Below are positions 38,711 through 51,740 of a stretch of DNA of 64,000 bases, one piece after another. Where the stretch lies: assembly GCF_009914755.1 (NCBI RefSeq), contig NC_060929.1; one strand, 5' to 3'. This stretch comes from the human T2T-CHM13v2.0 reference genome, Homo sapiens. The notes beneath the pieces are model-generated. The model ran no database searches and was not told the origin of the DNA. It saw only the letters and a program-made list of their open reading frames with translations. Position numbers and translations under genes: made by a program. The stretch's first letter is position 1, and each line of letters starts with the position of its first letter.

Positions 38711-41700
38711 TCTAATGAGGAAGCCTCTATGATCCTTCAAAAGCAGATACCGGACAAGTCACTTATTTTCACTAAAACCCCTTTGGGATGCAGGGCAATG
38801 ATTAAACTTGCCTATCTTTCAAATTGCTAGAAATGGATGCTATTTACTATTTTGCTTGCAATTGATTTGCATACTGTTATTACATATTGTTAAATGGTTT
38901 GTTGATTAATGACTAATGTTGATTTGGACTAAATGTAATGGAATAAGCAAATATATTTTCAAATTTAGATATACAATTTAGTTGCTAAATGGTGTTGTTA
39001 GTCATAAAAATGTTGATTATTTTAGATCAATCCCTTGCAGGGGAACCCTAGCCACAATTTCCCTCCATATTTTTTCTCAATATTTTAAGCTTTACCCCAT
39101 CTCTTTTTCTTATTAATTTACATGTCTGGGTTTTAAAGCTAATACTTCTTATAAGCAAGTACTGTTCCAAAGCCCAGGACTAAAATAAATTCTTATAAAT
39201 TCAGAATGTGGTAGATTTCAACTAAACAGTTTCTTTTCTGGAGATCCAGAAGACAAATATTTGGCTTGAATATTAATATTTTCATGACCTTGACCAGATC
39301 AATATATTGCACAAATATTATCAACAAATTATATAAATAGACCATATTTACTAATATAATTAATAATTTTGGAATTAATATAAGATAGTTATATATACAC
39401 ACACATAAGCTAGTCAGTTGTTAAGTCAGTTATATGAACTATATAATGTATTATGCACTTGATATATACATATACTTATGTGTTAGTATATTTTGTATTT
39501 TTAATTACTCCCAATCTTAAAAAAAACCCTATATTCCAACTTATATTTTTGATTTCTACATTTATCTTCTAAATATATGTATTACCTTTGATAATTTTTT
39601 TATTTCTGCTATTTCATATACATTCATAAATATTTCCAGTTTGGAAATCCATTTAAATGGTAAGACAAATAAAAAACTTTTGTACCATAGATGTTTTAGT
39701 ACATTTATAGTCTTTGTATTTTTTAGAACTACATTTTAATATGCTGTGATAAAAATGTGTATTTCTCTAACAAGGTATTAAATTTGGTGACTGAAAAGGG
39801 TTCTTCAAAGGAATATAATTCACATTAATTTTCCATGTGATCATTGTTACTTATAGTTTACTAGTCAACATGCTTAAAGTCTAATTAGAAAAAAAATCCC
39901 TGGATATTAAGTTGGGAAACAGACCCAAGTCTGTATCTACATAAAGGTCACCACCTTGGTGACCTTTGGTAAATTTCATTTTTGTTCTTTGATTTCATTT
40001 TCTTTGAAAATGAGAAGCTGAAAGCTTTAAAGCTTTCTTCCCATAACTCCGAAATAGTTTATGAGCTCAAAAGAAAATATGACTAAAAGAAATGTGTGGG
40101 CATCATTACCTGGCTGCCCAGTATTTTCATGGACACAGACTTGTAACATATTCTGAAAGTTCCTTTAAGGAAAATAACTCTATAGATATGGACAGCAAGG
40201 GAAAAGGGATCAATAAGAAAAAGAAAGGGAAATGAGTTAATGACAAAGGAGGAATGGTAGGCAGTAGAAATGATTCCCCACTTACTTGTTTTTTATCTAT
40301 AGTCTAGTTATTCCTATTTGAAAACCTACTGGCACCAGGTATTATCAACAGGGATGAGTAATATGTAATTTTTATCTTTACTGGGTTACATTTGGCACAT
40401 GGACAGTTGACAGCTGTCAGTCAGGTGGCTGGTCAATGAGGAGATACATATAAAGCTGCCAAAATATTTTTGTTGCTTTAAATACTTACAAGTAAACCAT
40501 TTTAGCTGGAAATTTTGTTGCACTGAAATTAAATAGGCTGCTATTTAAAATATAATTAATTGAAGTTAACTACTGGGAGAATCAAGATTTTCCCTATTAA
40601 TATATAAGGTTAAATAACATGTTTTTCCAAGTGTCTTTCTGAAACAGGAAAACAATTTTTCTCCACTGTAAATAAGCTATCTGTAAGATAGGAAGATAAC
40701 TTGCAAATAATGTTTAAAATGCATATGTTTTAATGTTAAATATTTAGAGCAGGTGTAAATCAATGCTACTTTAAACTCCAATATTTTATTAAAATAAACC
40801 ATTCCCATACATTGAGGGAGTTGGCATAGGTTTTTTTGTGACACAATGTTGAAGATTTATTAGAAAGGACAAACATAGCTGCATGGTGGACAAGAATTTA
40901 CAGCCTCTCATAATGAAAATTTTAAAAAATGGGATTTTAGATTAAGTCTACAATTCAGGCACAGCTAAAATGATAAATTTTAGTTATTTTGAAATATTTG
41001 AGCTATATTTAATATTATTTCCAGTAGCTTCATTTATACTTAAATAATTGACAGAGTCATAAACAATAGTTTGGCAGAAGCTTTTGGTTTGCTTATACTT
41101 AATGACAATGTAATAATTATAGCCAATGGTAATGCATGTGAAAACTTAACAAATACAATTCTGAAGTTGACATAAGAACACATGTTGTTCAGTTTTGCAG
41201 TAACTATCATCTTTAAAAGTAAATATTGTGATTGTTTAGGAATATAGTATTTAACAGACTAGAAAAATAAAAGTAAAATTTTCAAGTGCATGAAATACAT
41301 ACTAATTCTTTAAGAGACTAATGAAGTTATTCTAAAAATTTAGCGACTATAGTTACTCAGGTGTCTGAATCAATATAATGAAACATAATGAAGCATGACA
41401 AAATATATATGAAAGTAGCAGCTTGAAATCGCAATAAATACACATATATTTTTAAATGTTTTAATCATTTGAAATATATATGTAACAATTTATAATAAAA
41501 AGTATATTTGGGTTTTAATGTTTTAAAATAGGGGTTCATTAAAATGTTTGTGGGTAACGTTATGTTTTTAAAATATTAGCTATTTTGTTTGGGTGGAGTA
41601 TTTCTGATAATTTTTTAAACCACAAATGTTTCATAATTTTCAACAGCAATTACAACAGTTTAAAAGAGTATGTTAGTTATACATTTGTGGCATATCCATG

Positions 41701-43025
41701 TCGTCACTGATTTAAAAATCATTTCAGGTACAGTGGTCATTAAAAAAGTCAGACCTTATTTTTTTTCCACTATACAATCATGTGTTAAGGATGTAGATTT
41801 AAAGTTATTTATGGGATCATCAGAATAAAACAATTGCCTCATAGTATTAGTAATTTATATTGGTAGGAGTCTTTTCTTTCTTAAGCACCAATTCTACCCC
41901 CCACAGCCCAGAAAATTGATTTTATCCATAATAATTTATAGCATTCTTCATCAATGTATACTGTTGTTTCTTTTAAATTCATTAGCCCATGTTGCTTGTG
42001 AATATGGAATTTGGTTATTAAAATGGTTTCATATGTTTACTACGTATAGGCTCTAGCTTTGAGCTGCTTACTTGCTTAAATAAATGTTTTCAATTTACTA
42101 TAATACAACAATTTGTAGAGAAATGCTGTGAAGCATAGTTAAAAGAATGAATCCCTGAAATAGAGTCACTTTTTAAAAATATGTCCTAACATGTGGTCTC
42201 ATTTTTTCATGTTTTGCATTAATTAAAGTCCTATTCTGAAAAAAATATTTTTGCCTAAACTTTTGAATTAACAAAATAAAAATAAAAAATATATAAATAT
42301 ACGAATTTTGGAAATCAGTGATGTAAAAACATGCTTTAATACCGTCTTGGTTGTTAATTTCAAAGATTTTTCTCAAAAGACGCTCTTTGTAAAGTAATGA
42401 GAAAATATTGCCACTTTTAATTATTAAATAATATTTACTACAATACAATTTACTTTTATTTAATTATTAAACATGCAATATATTTTAAATTATTTAATTA
42501 TACATGCAATGTATGTTTTAAAAATGTATTAAAATAAAGTTAATTGCATGTTCTCTCTAATCATGTTCTTGTAGCATGCACACATTTTAAAAAACCCAGT
42601 ACATGTAATTTTTGAAAATAGTATGTACCATTACACCTTTTTATTTGGGAGATTTATTAGAAAATAACTTTTTATTCAGAAAAGATTATGACAGAATTAG
42701 ATAAAAAGGAGACTAAAATGTGTGTTAAATCGTGTAATATTATAAATGTAATTAACTCTTCATCTTCCAAATATTGAAAACAGTAATGAAAGAGACCAAT
42801 ATTTAAAAATAGAATCTTGTTTTAAACCTAAAAAAAAAACCTAAAAAATTGTTATATGGTAACAGCTTTACTTTCACACAAGGCAAACCCACTGTTGAGT
42901 GAGTTGGCTCTGATTCCAATGGTCTCATCAACTTTGTGAACACAGGTACCTCAGTGGTGCCTCTTTCAAGACAACAAAATTAACTTTTAGAGATTAAAAA
43001 ATATATTTTGGCAATTGAAACTCAC

Positions 43026-43215
43026 CAGTGCCTTTCTGCTTCTCCAGGAAGTTGTACCCGTCAGCACCTGCTGAGGGCTTTGTTGTCCAAACCCTGACAG
43101 GTAAAAAAATTCCTGCAGAATAAAGCCAGACCAGCTGGCTTTGAAGAGAAACCCCCCAGTTTGGGCTGCGTTTGCCTCCTCTCCTTTTCTATGAAGACCG
43201 AGGCTTTGCCCCCTT
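43026..43215 (-). other. MEF2C: MEF2C distal (skeletal-muscle) untranslated first exon; TSS approximate
   Basis: Donor GGCACTG|GTGAGT (GT at 43025-43024), directly downstream of the E-box/MEF2 promoter. Exon sequence AACTGGGGGGTTTCTCTTCAAAGCCAGCTGG... recognised from memory. Confidence 0.82.
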
Positions 43216-43450
43216 GATCGTCAAGCCGTGAGATGCGTGATCTCTCTGCACAAGTGTCTGGCAGGCCGAGGTGCACCTGTTTCTGTCACTCTGGAGTAAA
43301 TTTAGCTGTAAAGGTATCACTGACAACCAGACCTTTGTCAGTGCTGGCAAAAGAACACAGAATTGCTTCCCTCCCCTCCCCCCTCCCGACCCCCTATGCT
43401 GCTAGTTCCAATGGAAAATATCCAATCGGAAGTCTATCCAAAAATCATTC
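43216..43450 (-). promoter_or_regulatory. MEF2C: MEF2C skeletal-muscle promoter/enhancer (myogenic E-box plus MEF2-like site)
   Basis: Minus strand ACCTTTACAGCTAAATTTACTCCAGAGTGACAGAAACAGGTGCACC contains MEF2-like CTAAATTTAC (43296-43305) and E-box CAGGTG (43274-43279). This matches the recalled mouse Mef2c muscle control element bound by MyoD-family and MEF2 factors. Confidence 0.82.
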
Positions 43451-46094
43451 CTAAAAAATGAAATTGCTTTCATATGGTATAAAAAAGTAAGTTTCCTCAT
43501 TTCAAGCAGATTTTAAAATTACATTTCCAAGAATAATCTTGGAACAAGACAAGTTTTCGTTCAATTAATTGTGGCTGGAAACTTTTTAATGGAAACATAG
43601 CACATACTTACTTCATTTCAGGTTATTAAATTGTGTTAAGCATAAAAGTTATTTGCCATTCTTTGTTGCAGCTCATTTGTTCTTTTCGATTCTAAGAAAT
43701 ATTAGAAGGTTAAATAACTTATCACATAGGAGAGATTATTCATACTACCAAAATTAGAATGTGTGTAGTTCTGAGGGACTGAATGTCAAAATTGTATGCT
43801 CATAGCACTAAAACTATTGGGAATCTAGGATGCCACTGGAACATGTAAAATGGCAGCTAAGGTCTATGGAAACCCTTCATGTTTAGAAACTGGCTAAAGC
43901 TTGAGTTCTCTTATCTTTTGGTTAAGGTAAGGACGTTTATCATTTATGTGAATGTTTTAGACTAATTTCTTTATTAGTGGTTTGAGCAATATTCCTTTTG
44001 AGGAAAATAGAGAGGCAGGCAATATTCATTAATATGTCTGACATAAATAAAATAGTCAAGATATATAAAGCAGCCCAAGGAGTAACATCCTTAGCCAAAG
44101 CATTCTGAGCTTCTGCCTTAATAATTATGATTTCTTAAGTGTTGTTAAAAAGAGTTGTACAGAGTACCTGTTCTACCATATTATTGCTGTTTACAGGAGT
44201 TGGGTGTGATGAGAAAAGGAAAGCTGGGTCAAAATAAAAAATGCTTTGTAAAATAAACAAAGTTCCTATTTACTTACTATGTATAAACAGCCACTCACCA
44301 AGCCTCGTTTCTCCACAGGGCACCACTTTCAGATAAAAACATAGACCTGAATGGCATCATCCAGTATCCAAGGAAACCATGTAAGTACCTCTCTCACTGT
44401 GTACTTCTGTTATTCAGATCTTAAAACCTAGCTGAGTACTGAATAAGTGAGTGTTTTTATTTAATAATTATAAGGGAGGTACTTTTTAGGAGCCTGCTAA
44501 AAAGAAACAGGTTCTTTATTGTTATGTGCGTCATAACAAAACTCTCATGTTTTCACCATATTTCATAAAATTATGTGCTTAGTACCACTCTCTCCATCAA
44601 TTCTCATTCTTAGGTACAAAACAGCTACTCAAAATCCTAATGAATTGGAAGTTTCAAACTTTTCCAAGACCCAAACAATGTTTCAGAGTCCTTGTGCCGG
44701 GAGTACTTTCTTAATTGTAGTTAAACTTGTTAAATTTTAAAAATTAAGAAAAAATTCCTTGGAAAATAATGGTTTATTGGTAAACATGTATGGCAATTTA
44801 TTTGGCTGTAGGCTTGCTTGAAGAGTGAGCAGGTGAGCAAAGAGACAAGATTACATGTTTAAACCAAGAAAAGAATCTTGAAAGTAAGTGTAATGACCAA
44901 GATGCAAAAATCTGTTTGGGGAAATTGTTGGGAGGTTGGCACATCATTTTCTTTATCCCCTCCCCACAAACTAATGTACATTTCTGCAGCTAATATCAAA
45001 GTTTTAATTCATGTTCAGGAGCTATGAAATCTACTGTGGAAATTTAGTTTCTAAACAACATGCTACTCTGGAGAAAGACATTCCTAAAATATTTGAAATT
45101 TCTACTATTTCCGTACTTCGACTTTTTTTTTGTTATTTGTACTATCTCCTTTTAAAATTAAATTATTTTCAATGTGAAATGATTATTCATTATTGTTTAT
45201 ATACGTTTTCACGAAAACACTTAACATTTTCTATATACTCATGTAATTATAGACCTCGTTTTTTACCTTCTAAATTCACTATATGATTTACCTGCTCTTT
45301 AAATACAGACATATTACTTTTCATCGAGGGTGGTTTCAGAGTTTTTCATATATATATTTTTTTGCTTTTGTCACTCGTGTGTATTTCTACTTTTCCTCTG
45401 CAGCATGACTCCTTGCTAAGCATAAATGGTAGAGATTATCTCACAGTTTCTCTGAAGAATTAGAGAGGTCCTTCATGTTCAATAACTAACTGCAGGAGCA
45501 TTTCACTTTATCACATAATTATGTCAAATTCTATTGTTTATGCATTTGCATATTTCTGCCTTTTAATATATGTTACCAAACACATCTTTCTGAATTGAGA
45601 AAAGTTGTCAGACTAAGGAATTCGCTGGAACTTTGGAAGGGCCTCCTCACCCAATAGGAAGACCTGGCTAGGAATTTAATTTTTTATGTAACTCACAAAC
45701 TTCACAAGTGTGGAGTTTGAGACCGGAAGTGCTACCAAACTCCACTTTCAGTGGAGTTTGAGGCCAGAAGTGGGATTTCCTTGCTGCATAATAAAAGTGG
45801 GCTTTGGCTGAGTAAAATTGGAAGCAGAGAGGGCTTAGAATAGATGTTTATAAAGAAAGAAAATGCTAATTGAAGGGGAAGACCAGGTAATGTTATAATT
45901 CACTATTTTGAGAAAATGGAATCTTTTGAATTCATTCTCCTTGTAATACAAGGGAAATGAAAATCTATAGTACAATGCTCATGGCACAATTTTAACTGTT
46001 TACATTAAAATATAAATTTTTCCAGAAAAAAAATTTAAATTTGACATATTTAATGAAACCTCCTATAACAAAAGGAAAATTGCTATAGAAATAA

Positions 46095-46099
<5 letters not shown>

Positions 46100-46139
<40 letters not shown>
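46100..46139. repeat. Compound (TA)n(CA)n microsatellite
   Basis: TATATA...TATACACACACACACACA. Confidence 0.92.
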
Positions 46140-46194
46140 TTTATGTATATATTTGAGATTTTCCATTCATCAGTAGTAACCTCTCTAATGTAGA

Positions 46195-46405
46195 CCAACC
46201 TTGTTTAGTTGAACTTTCTGTGATAATGGACATGTTCCATAGCTGCACCATCCAATATGGTACTCACTAGCCATATGTGGCTATTGAGTACTTGAAACAT
46301 GGCTAGTGCAACAGGGAAACTTAATTTTGAATTTTATTTACATTTAATTAATTTAAATATAAATAGCCCACATGTAACTAGTGGCTACCACATAAACAAC
46401 CTAGC
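46195..46405 (+). mobile_element. MER3 DNA transposon fossil
   Basis: GAACTTTCTGTGATAATGGACATGTTC...TCCAATATGGTA...CACTAGCCATATGTGGCTATTGAGTACTTGAAA...CTAGTGGCTACC. Confidence 0.85.
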
Positions 46406-46914
46406 TCTGGTCTAGGTCACTTAGAAATGTGGGGAGAGTCAAATATGTATAGATTTGATATCACTATCAGTTATTTCTTATCTGTATCAACTACCATTGA
46501 CCATTACTGAAATCATTAATGCCTGAAGAAGTATGCTCCAACATTAATTTAGCAGGATTTTGAGAAATACTGTCATGTGATAGGCCAAATTGTAAAGAGT
46601 ACTATTTTGTTTTCATCAGAAATTAAATACCCTCTTGCAGAGATTTTCTATTTCTTTTGGTATTCTGTCATACAGTATAATTTTTTATGTTTACTTTAAT
46701 ATTTGAATTATTACAGTAGAATTTCTTTATGATACTTTCTCAGAGATGAATGCTTTTCATATGGTCGATAGGAAGACATTATAAAATTACTTTATAAGCC
46801 TGGGACAGCAACTTTTAAAATGGCCTTTGTAAACAAGACTACATGAAAAAGATAAATACACTAATGAAAATTCTAACTATGGGGACAAATATTTTTAAAA
46901 GTTTAGTTATAATT

Positions 46915-47236
<322 letters not shown>

Positions 47237-48339
47237 GGAAAAAGTTTTCTTACAAGTTCTGCAATGCAACTTGGCAATACAACTTGGCAAATAATTCCAA
47301 AAATGTAATCGGCCTCAAAAAGTGCTCCCTAGCCTTGTTTCTCCAAAAGCTGACTCTACTTCCAAAGCACACATCAGAGTTTAAATCTCCCATGACCTTT
47401 TCAGGCGTTTAGTGGAAATGATCATTAGGATTTGTGATGATACTTTTATAATAATGCTAGACAGTAATATTATAGATAGGATAATTGTGTATAAAATAAT
47501 ATTGAAAATTTTAAATTTGTATAGATTTTAAAAGTTAGTAAATCCATATCTTGAATGCTGATTATTTGTAGGACATTGAACCTAGAGACTCTGGGAAATA
47601 TTTTTTTAAATGGGAGACATCCGTCCTTTTAGGAACTCCATTTATTGGACCTGGGCATGTTCTTTTGGAAGGATAGGATTCAGATAAGCGAGAGAGAGGA
47701 GACTTCCTTTGGCAGAACCTTGGACAAGCTACTGAGTGTTCCTTCTGCAGCGAAACAATAGGATTCTGGATAAAACATACTTTCTAATGAATTACTTGAC
47801 TTCAGGAAACTTTTTTAACAACTCTAAAGATCCTTCTTCCTTGCCTCAGAATGAAAAAATTAAAAAGCATGAGGTGAAACTGCTGTTGAAGAGCAATAAA
47901 CAAACAGGAAAAGTGGGATGGACAATTGAATTGTATGGGTTGTATTTATTTGCAAAGATACTGTTGGAAGTATAGCAGTCACATGCTCTATTAGACTGCT
48001 CCTAAACCGAGCCTTATTTGAAAAAAAAAAAAACAAGGAGAACCAACAACCACATTTGTAGACCCAGTTTTTTGGTGTCCTTTTTTTTTTTCCTTTTGGT
48101 ATCTTCAGTTAAGTAGCCAACCACTTTCATATTGTCAGATCTGTTTTCAGGAAGAGGGCCTACTTTTGCTCAGAAACCAGTGTTCTGTGTGGAGAAAACA
48201 TGGTTCTCCATTGAAGGAATCCCACAAATCTCTGATATCTGCATGTTTGAGAAACTACTTTCATTCAGACACATGGACTGTAACTTCTGAGTCCTTAACC
48301 ACCACCTCAAATTAGTATGTATTTGTCTACTTTTAAGTG

Positions 48340-50040
48340 TATTTAACTTTTTGTTATGAAAATTCAGAATATATTAGAAAAGTAGAGGGAAAAGTATAAT
48401 GAAATTTTGTATAACTATACCTACCTTCAACAGCTATCATCTCATGGGCCAGGTTGTTTCATAATTGTTGTTTCCACTTTCCACTTCCACCTCAAATTAT
48501 TTTGAAGCGAATCCCAGACATGACATCATTTTATCTGGTAACATTTCAGTCTGTATCTTTAAAAGATAAGATTTTTTTAACTTAAAAATGAACCACATCT
48601 AGAAAATTAACCACACTTAAAAAGTCAACATTTTCTTACTATTCTCAAATATACAAAACCAATATTCAAAATTTTCTAGTTGTCTCCTAAAGTTTTGTAT
48701 TCTTTACTGTTTGAAGCAGGATACAAATAAGGTCCATACACTGTAATTGGTTAATATGTCTCTTCTTTTAATCTATAGGTTTATGTTTATTTTTCCTTGT
48801 TTCTTAAGAAACTGGATTGTTTGTGCTGTAGAGCTTTCCATAGTCTGCATTTGCTGATGCTTTCCTGCAGAGTCATTTAATGAGCTCCTCAGCCTTGTTT
48901 CTTACCTGTTAATGGGTAGTGAAGACTCTAGAAACTTGATGAAATTCATTTAGGGGATGAGGGGCAAGACTAATGGCTCTTTCTCTTTTTGTGACATTAG
49001 CAGGTGTTGTTGATCATTGCCTACATCTATTTATTCCTTAGAGCTTGAAAAATGGCAATATAATTGTCATTTCTGGTTTATTTATTGGGTGGAATGCTTC
49101 TATAAAGATAAACTAGTTTGTTAGAGTTTCAATTTATATAAGAAAATCAGGATGGATGCTTTATTCTCTCCCTTTATCAGTTCTTAATATAATGTGTGGT
49201 TCCTTAACATCCTCTAAAGTTTACCAATGGTTTAAAAAATTTCATTATGAACATTAATGCGCTTCAAGCTATTGCAGTTATCGTACTTATGAATGCCCAG
49301 TTTGCCACATCTCTGATTACTCAAAGTTTATCTCAGTTGGTTCCTCTGTGTTTTTGAAAGAACCTCAAGTTTTTGAGAGCTTCCAGGATAATTGGTGTGA
49401 CAAAATATAACAGGCTCATCTTTAATATTTCCTTTCCCAACCTGGAATCAGGCAATTATCCAAGAAATTTTAGTTCTTTTTTTTTTTTTTTTTTGACTTG
49501 GAACTAGTACTTGAAAACCGTAATCTTAAAATTAGTGAGCTCATTGCTACTGACTTTGTCCTTAATCTAGGCCCTTTCAAAGGAAAGAGCTATAAAAAGT
49601 GTGTGTATGTGTGTGTGTGAGAGTGTGCGTGTGTGTGTTTAATTTTAAGATTAAATACATCAGGAGCTCACACTAATACTTCCTATTAATATACAGGCCA
49701 ACAGGATTTTAATTTAGTCACATAAATCTTGCATCATATCAATGTCCTTTCTTCCCAGCTGACCATCCTACAATCTTAATTCTTAATGATAGTAGCGTAC
49801 TTATTTGCTTATGCTACAAATACACTTACAACAGGCTCAGAATAATAATACCAAGACTACTACCATCAGTAGTGATGTACACATCCTGTGTACACCCTGT
49901 GTACAGCCCCCTTCTTCTCTTTAAAGATGTATGTATTACTGAGGTTTTAAGTCATGTAAAATTGTTTCTTTTGGTGTGATTATGCCACCAGCTAGATATA
50001 GATAGATTCACTTGGCTCTTTTTGCTTTCAATTTTTTGGG
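48340..50040 (-). mobile_element. Ancient L1M (L1MC4/5-like) 3' region, degenerate
   Basis: AACTTTTTGTTATGAAAATT...AAAAGTAGAGG...TATTTTGAAGCGAATCCCAGACATGACATCATTTT, and later CCCAACCTGGAATCAGGCAATTATCCAAG, are typical old-L1 3' text. Confidence 0.6.
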
Positions 50041-50059
50041 ATTAAAATGTTAGCCAGGA

Positions 50060-50627
50060 GAGACCAGAGCAGTGCATAGTCTACCTCATTTCTCACTACT
50101 GAGGTTCTACCTAATTGCATATGAATTAAGAGATTTTCCATTCTGACTGGTGAGAAAAGGCCTATTTCCAGCCGTAGGAAGGTGCCAGGTACTGTTCCCC
50201 GTATAATTATTTCCGATGCTTCTTTCCTCAGCCTTGGGTAGCTTCCTCATGCACATATCCAGATCTCTGAGACTCTCTGCAGATTTCAAGAGATTGTTGT
50301 CTGTGCATCTGCTCTCTCCTGAACTCTGTCCTGTAAGCTCTAGCTGCTTTATTATCCCATATCTTTAGCTCTGTTTCCTCAATTCATGGAGTTTGCCTCC
50401 CTTGAGTTAGTTGCCCTTCCTGTGCCACTGCTAAGAAACCTTCACGGGCTTAAGCCAGAGCCGTCATAGGATTCACCTCCCTCAGGGATCAACGTCGTTT
50501 GTGGTCTGATAGCTCATGTCTTGACAACCATTGTTTCGTATATTTTGTCGGGGTTTATTTTTGGTTGTTTCAGGAAGCAGGGCACATCCAGTCCCTTTCA
50601 GTCCATCTTGGCTAGAAATGGAAGTCT
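50060..50627 (-). mobile_element. Ancient L1M 5' end (5'UTR)
   Basis: The minus strand starts GACTTCCATTTCTAGCCAAGATGGACTGAAAGGGACTGG...CCTGAAACAACCAAAA, resembling L1MC/ME 5' ends with the YY1-type CAAGATGG. Confidence 0.55.
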
Positions 50628-50889
50628 CCCCAGTTGTTTCTTAAAAAGGTCAGCTATAGCTTGTTAATCCAAACAGTTTATTAATATGAAGCTCAATATT
50701 TAAATTAAATTTAAAAATATTCTGATTGATGTGTGTTTGTTCGTGTGTCAGAAATCTTTCTGAAACACTGCTGTAGTCTTCAAACTACCAGTGCCACTTC
50801 AAGACCTCTTCTTGGCCTATTTCCTCCCAACTAGGTTTCCCCCAACAGATGAGTCCTTTTTTATTTTCTGCCACTTAGAGGCAATTTTT

Positions 50890-51010
50890 TGGTTCACTCA
50901 TTCATTTCTTTAACAGACATTTTTGATTACCTATTATGTGTCATATGAAGTGTTGAGAATACAATGGTGAATAAAACACCACTCATTCCCTTAAAAATGT
51001 TGCAATTTAA
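50890..51010 (-). mobile_element. L2 3' fragment
   Basis: TTCACTCATTCATTTCTTTAACAGACATTTTTGATTACCTATTATGTG...ATACAATGGTGAATAAAAC. Confidence 0.65.
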
Positions 51011-51011
51011 T

Positions 51012-51690
51012 TTTCACACAGAAATTTGAACATGAACGTTCACAGCAACTTTATTTGTAATAGCACCAAACTGGAAATGCCCATATGCCCATCAGTGGGT
51101 GAATGGTTGGACAGACTGTGATATAAGCATGCTATAGACTACAGCAATAAAGACTAACAAACTGTTATTATGGGTAACAACCTGGATGAACCTCAAGGAA
51201 ATTGTGCTGAGTGACAAAAAAAACCTGTCTTAAAAAGATACATTACTGAATGATTTCATTTATACAACCTTCATGAAATAAGATCATTATGGAGAAAGAT
51301 TAGTGGTAGCCAGGGGTTAGGGAGGGGAAGGGGAGAGGGTGGGGTGTGCATAAAGTGGTAGCACTAGGGAGTCTTATGGTGATAGTACAGTTAAGTGTCT
51401 TGATTGTGCTAGTGGTTACTCGAAGCTACACATGTGATACAATGACATAGAGCTATACACACATACACAAACAAAAATAACTGTATGTATAGCTGGTGAA
51501 ATATCTATGGATTCTATGAAAAGCTCCATGGATTGTACTATTGTCAGTTTCCTGGTTTTAATATTGCAGTTTTGCAAGATGTTAACATTGAGAATGAGGA
51601 CTGGATGAAGGGTGCACATGACCTTCCCGTCCATTTCTTTGCATTTTTTTTGTGAAATTTTAATTACTTTAAAATAAAAAGTTAAAAAAT
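51012..51690 (+). mobile_element. L1MC-type 3' end
   Basis: GTTCACAGCAACTTTATTTGTAATAGC...AACCTGGATGAACCTCAAGG...TTTTGCAAGATGTTAACATTG...AAAATAAAAAGTTAAAAAA. Confidence 0.8.
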
Positions 51691-51740
51691 ATCTTGCAAT
51701 TTTGTGGAGGGTACAAAGAACTAAACAGCCAATTATAATA

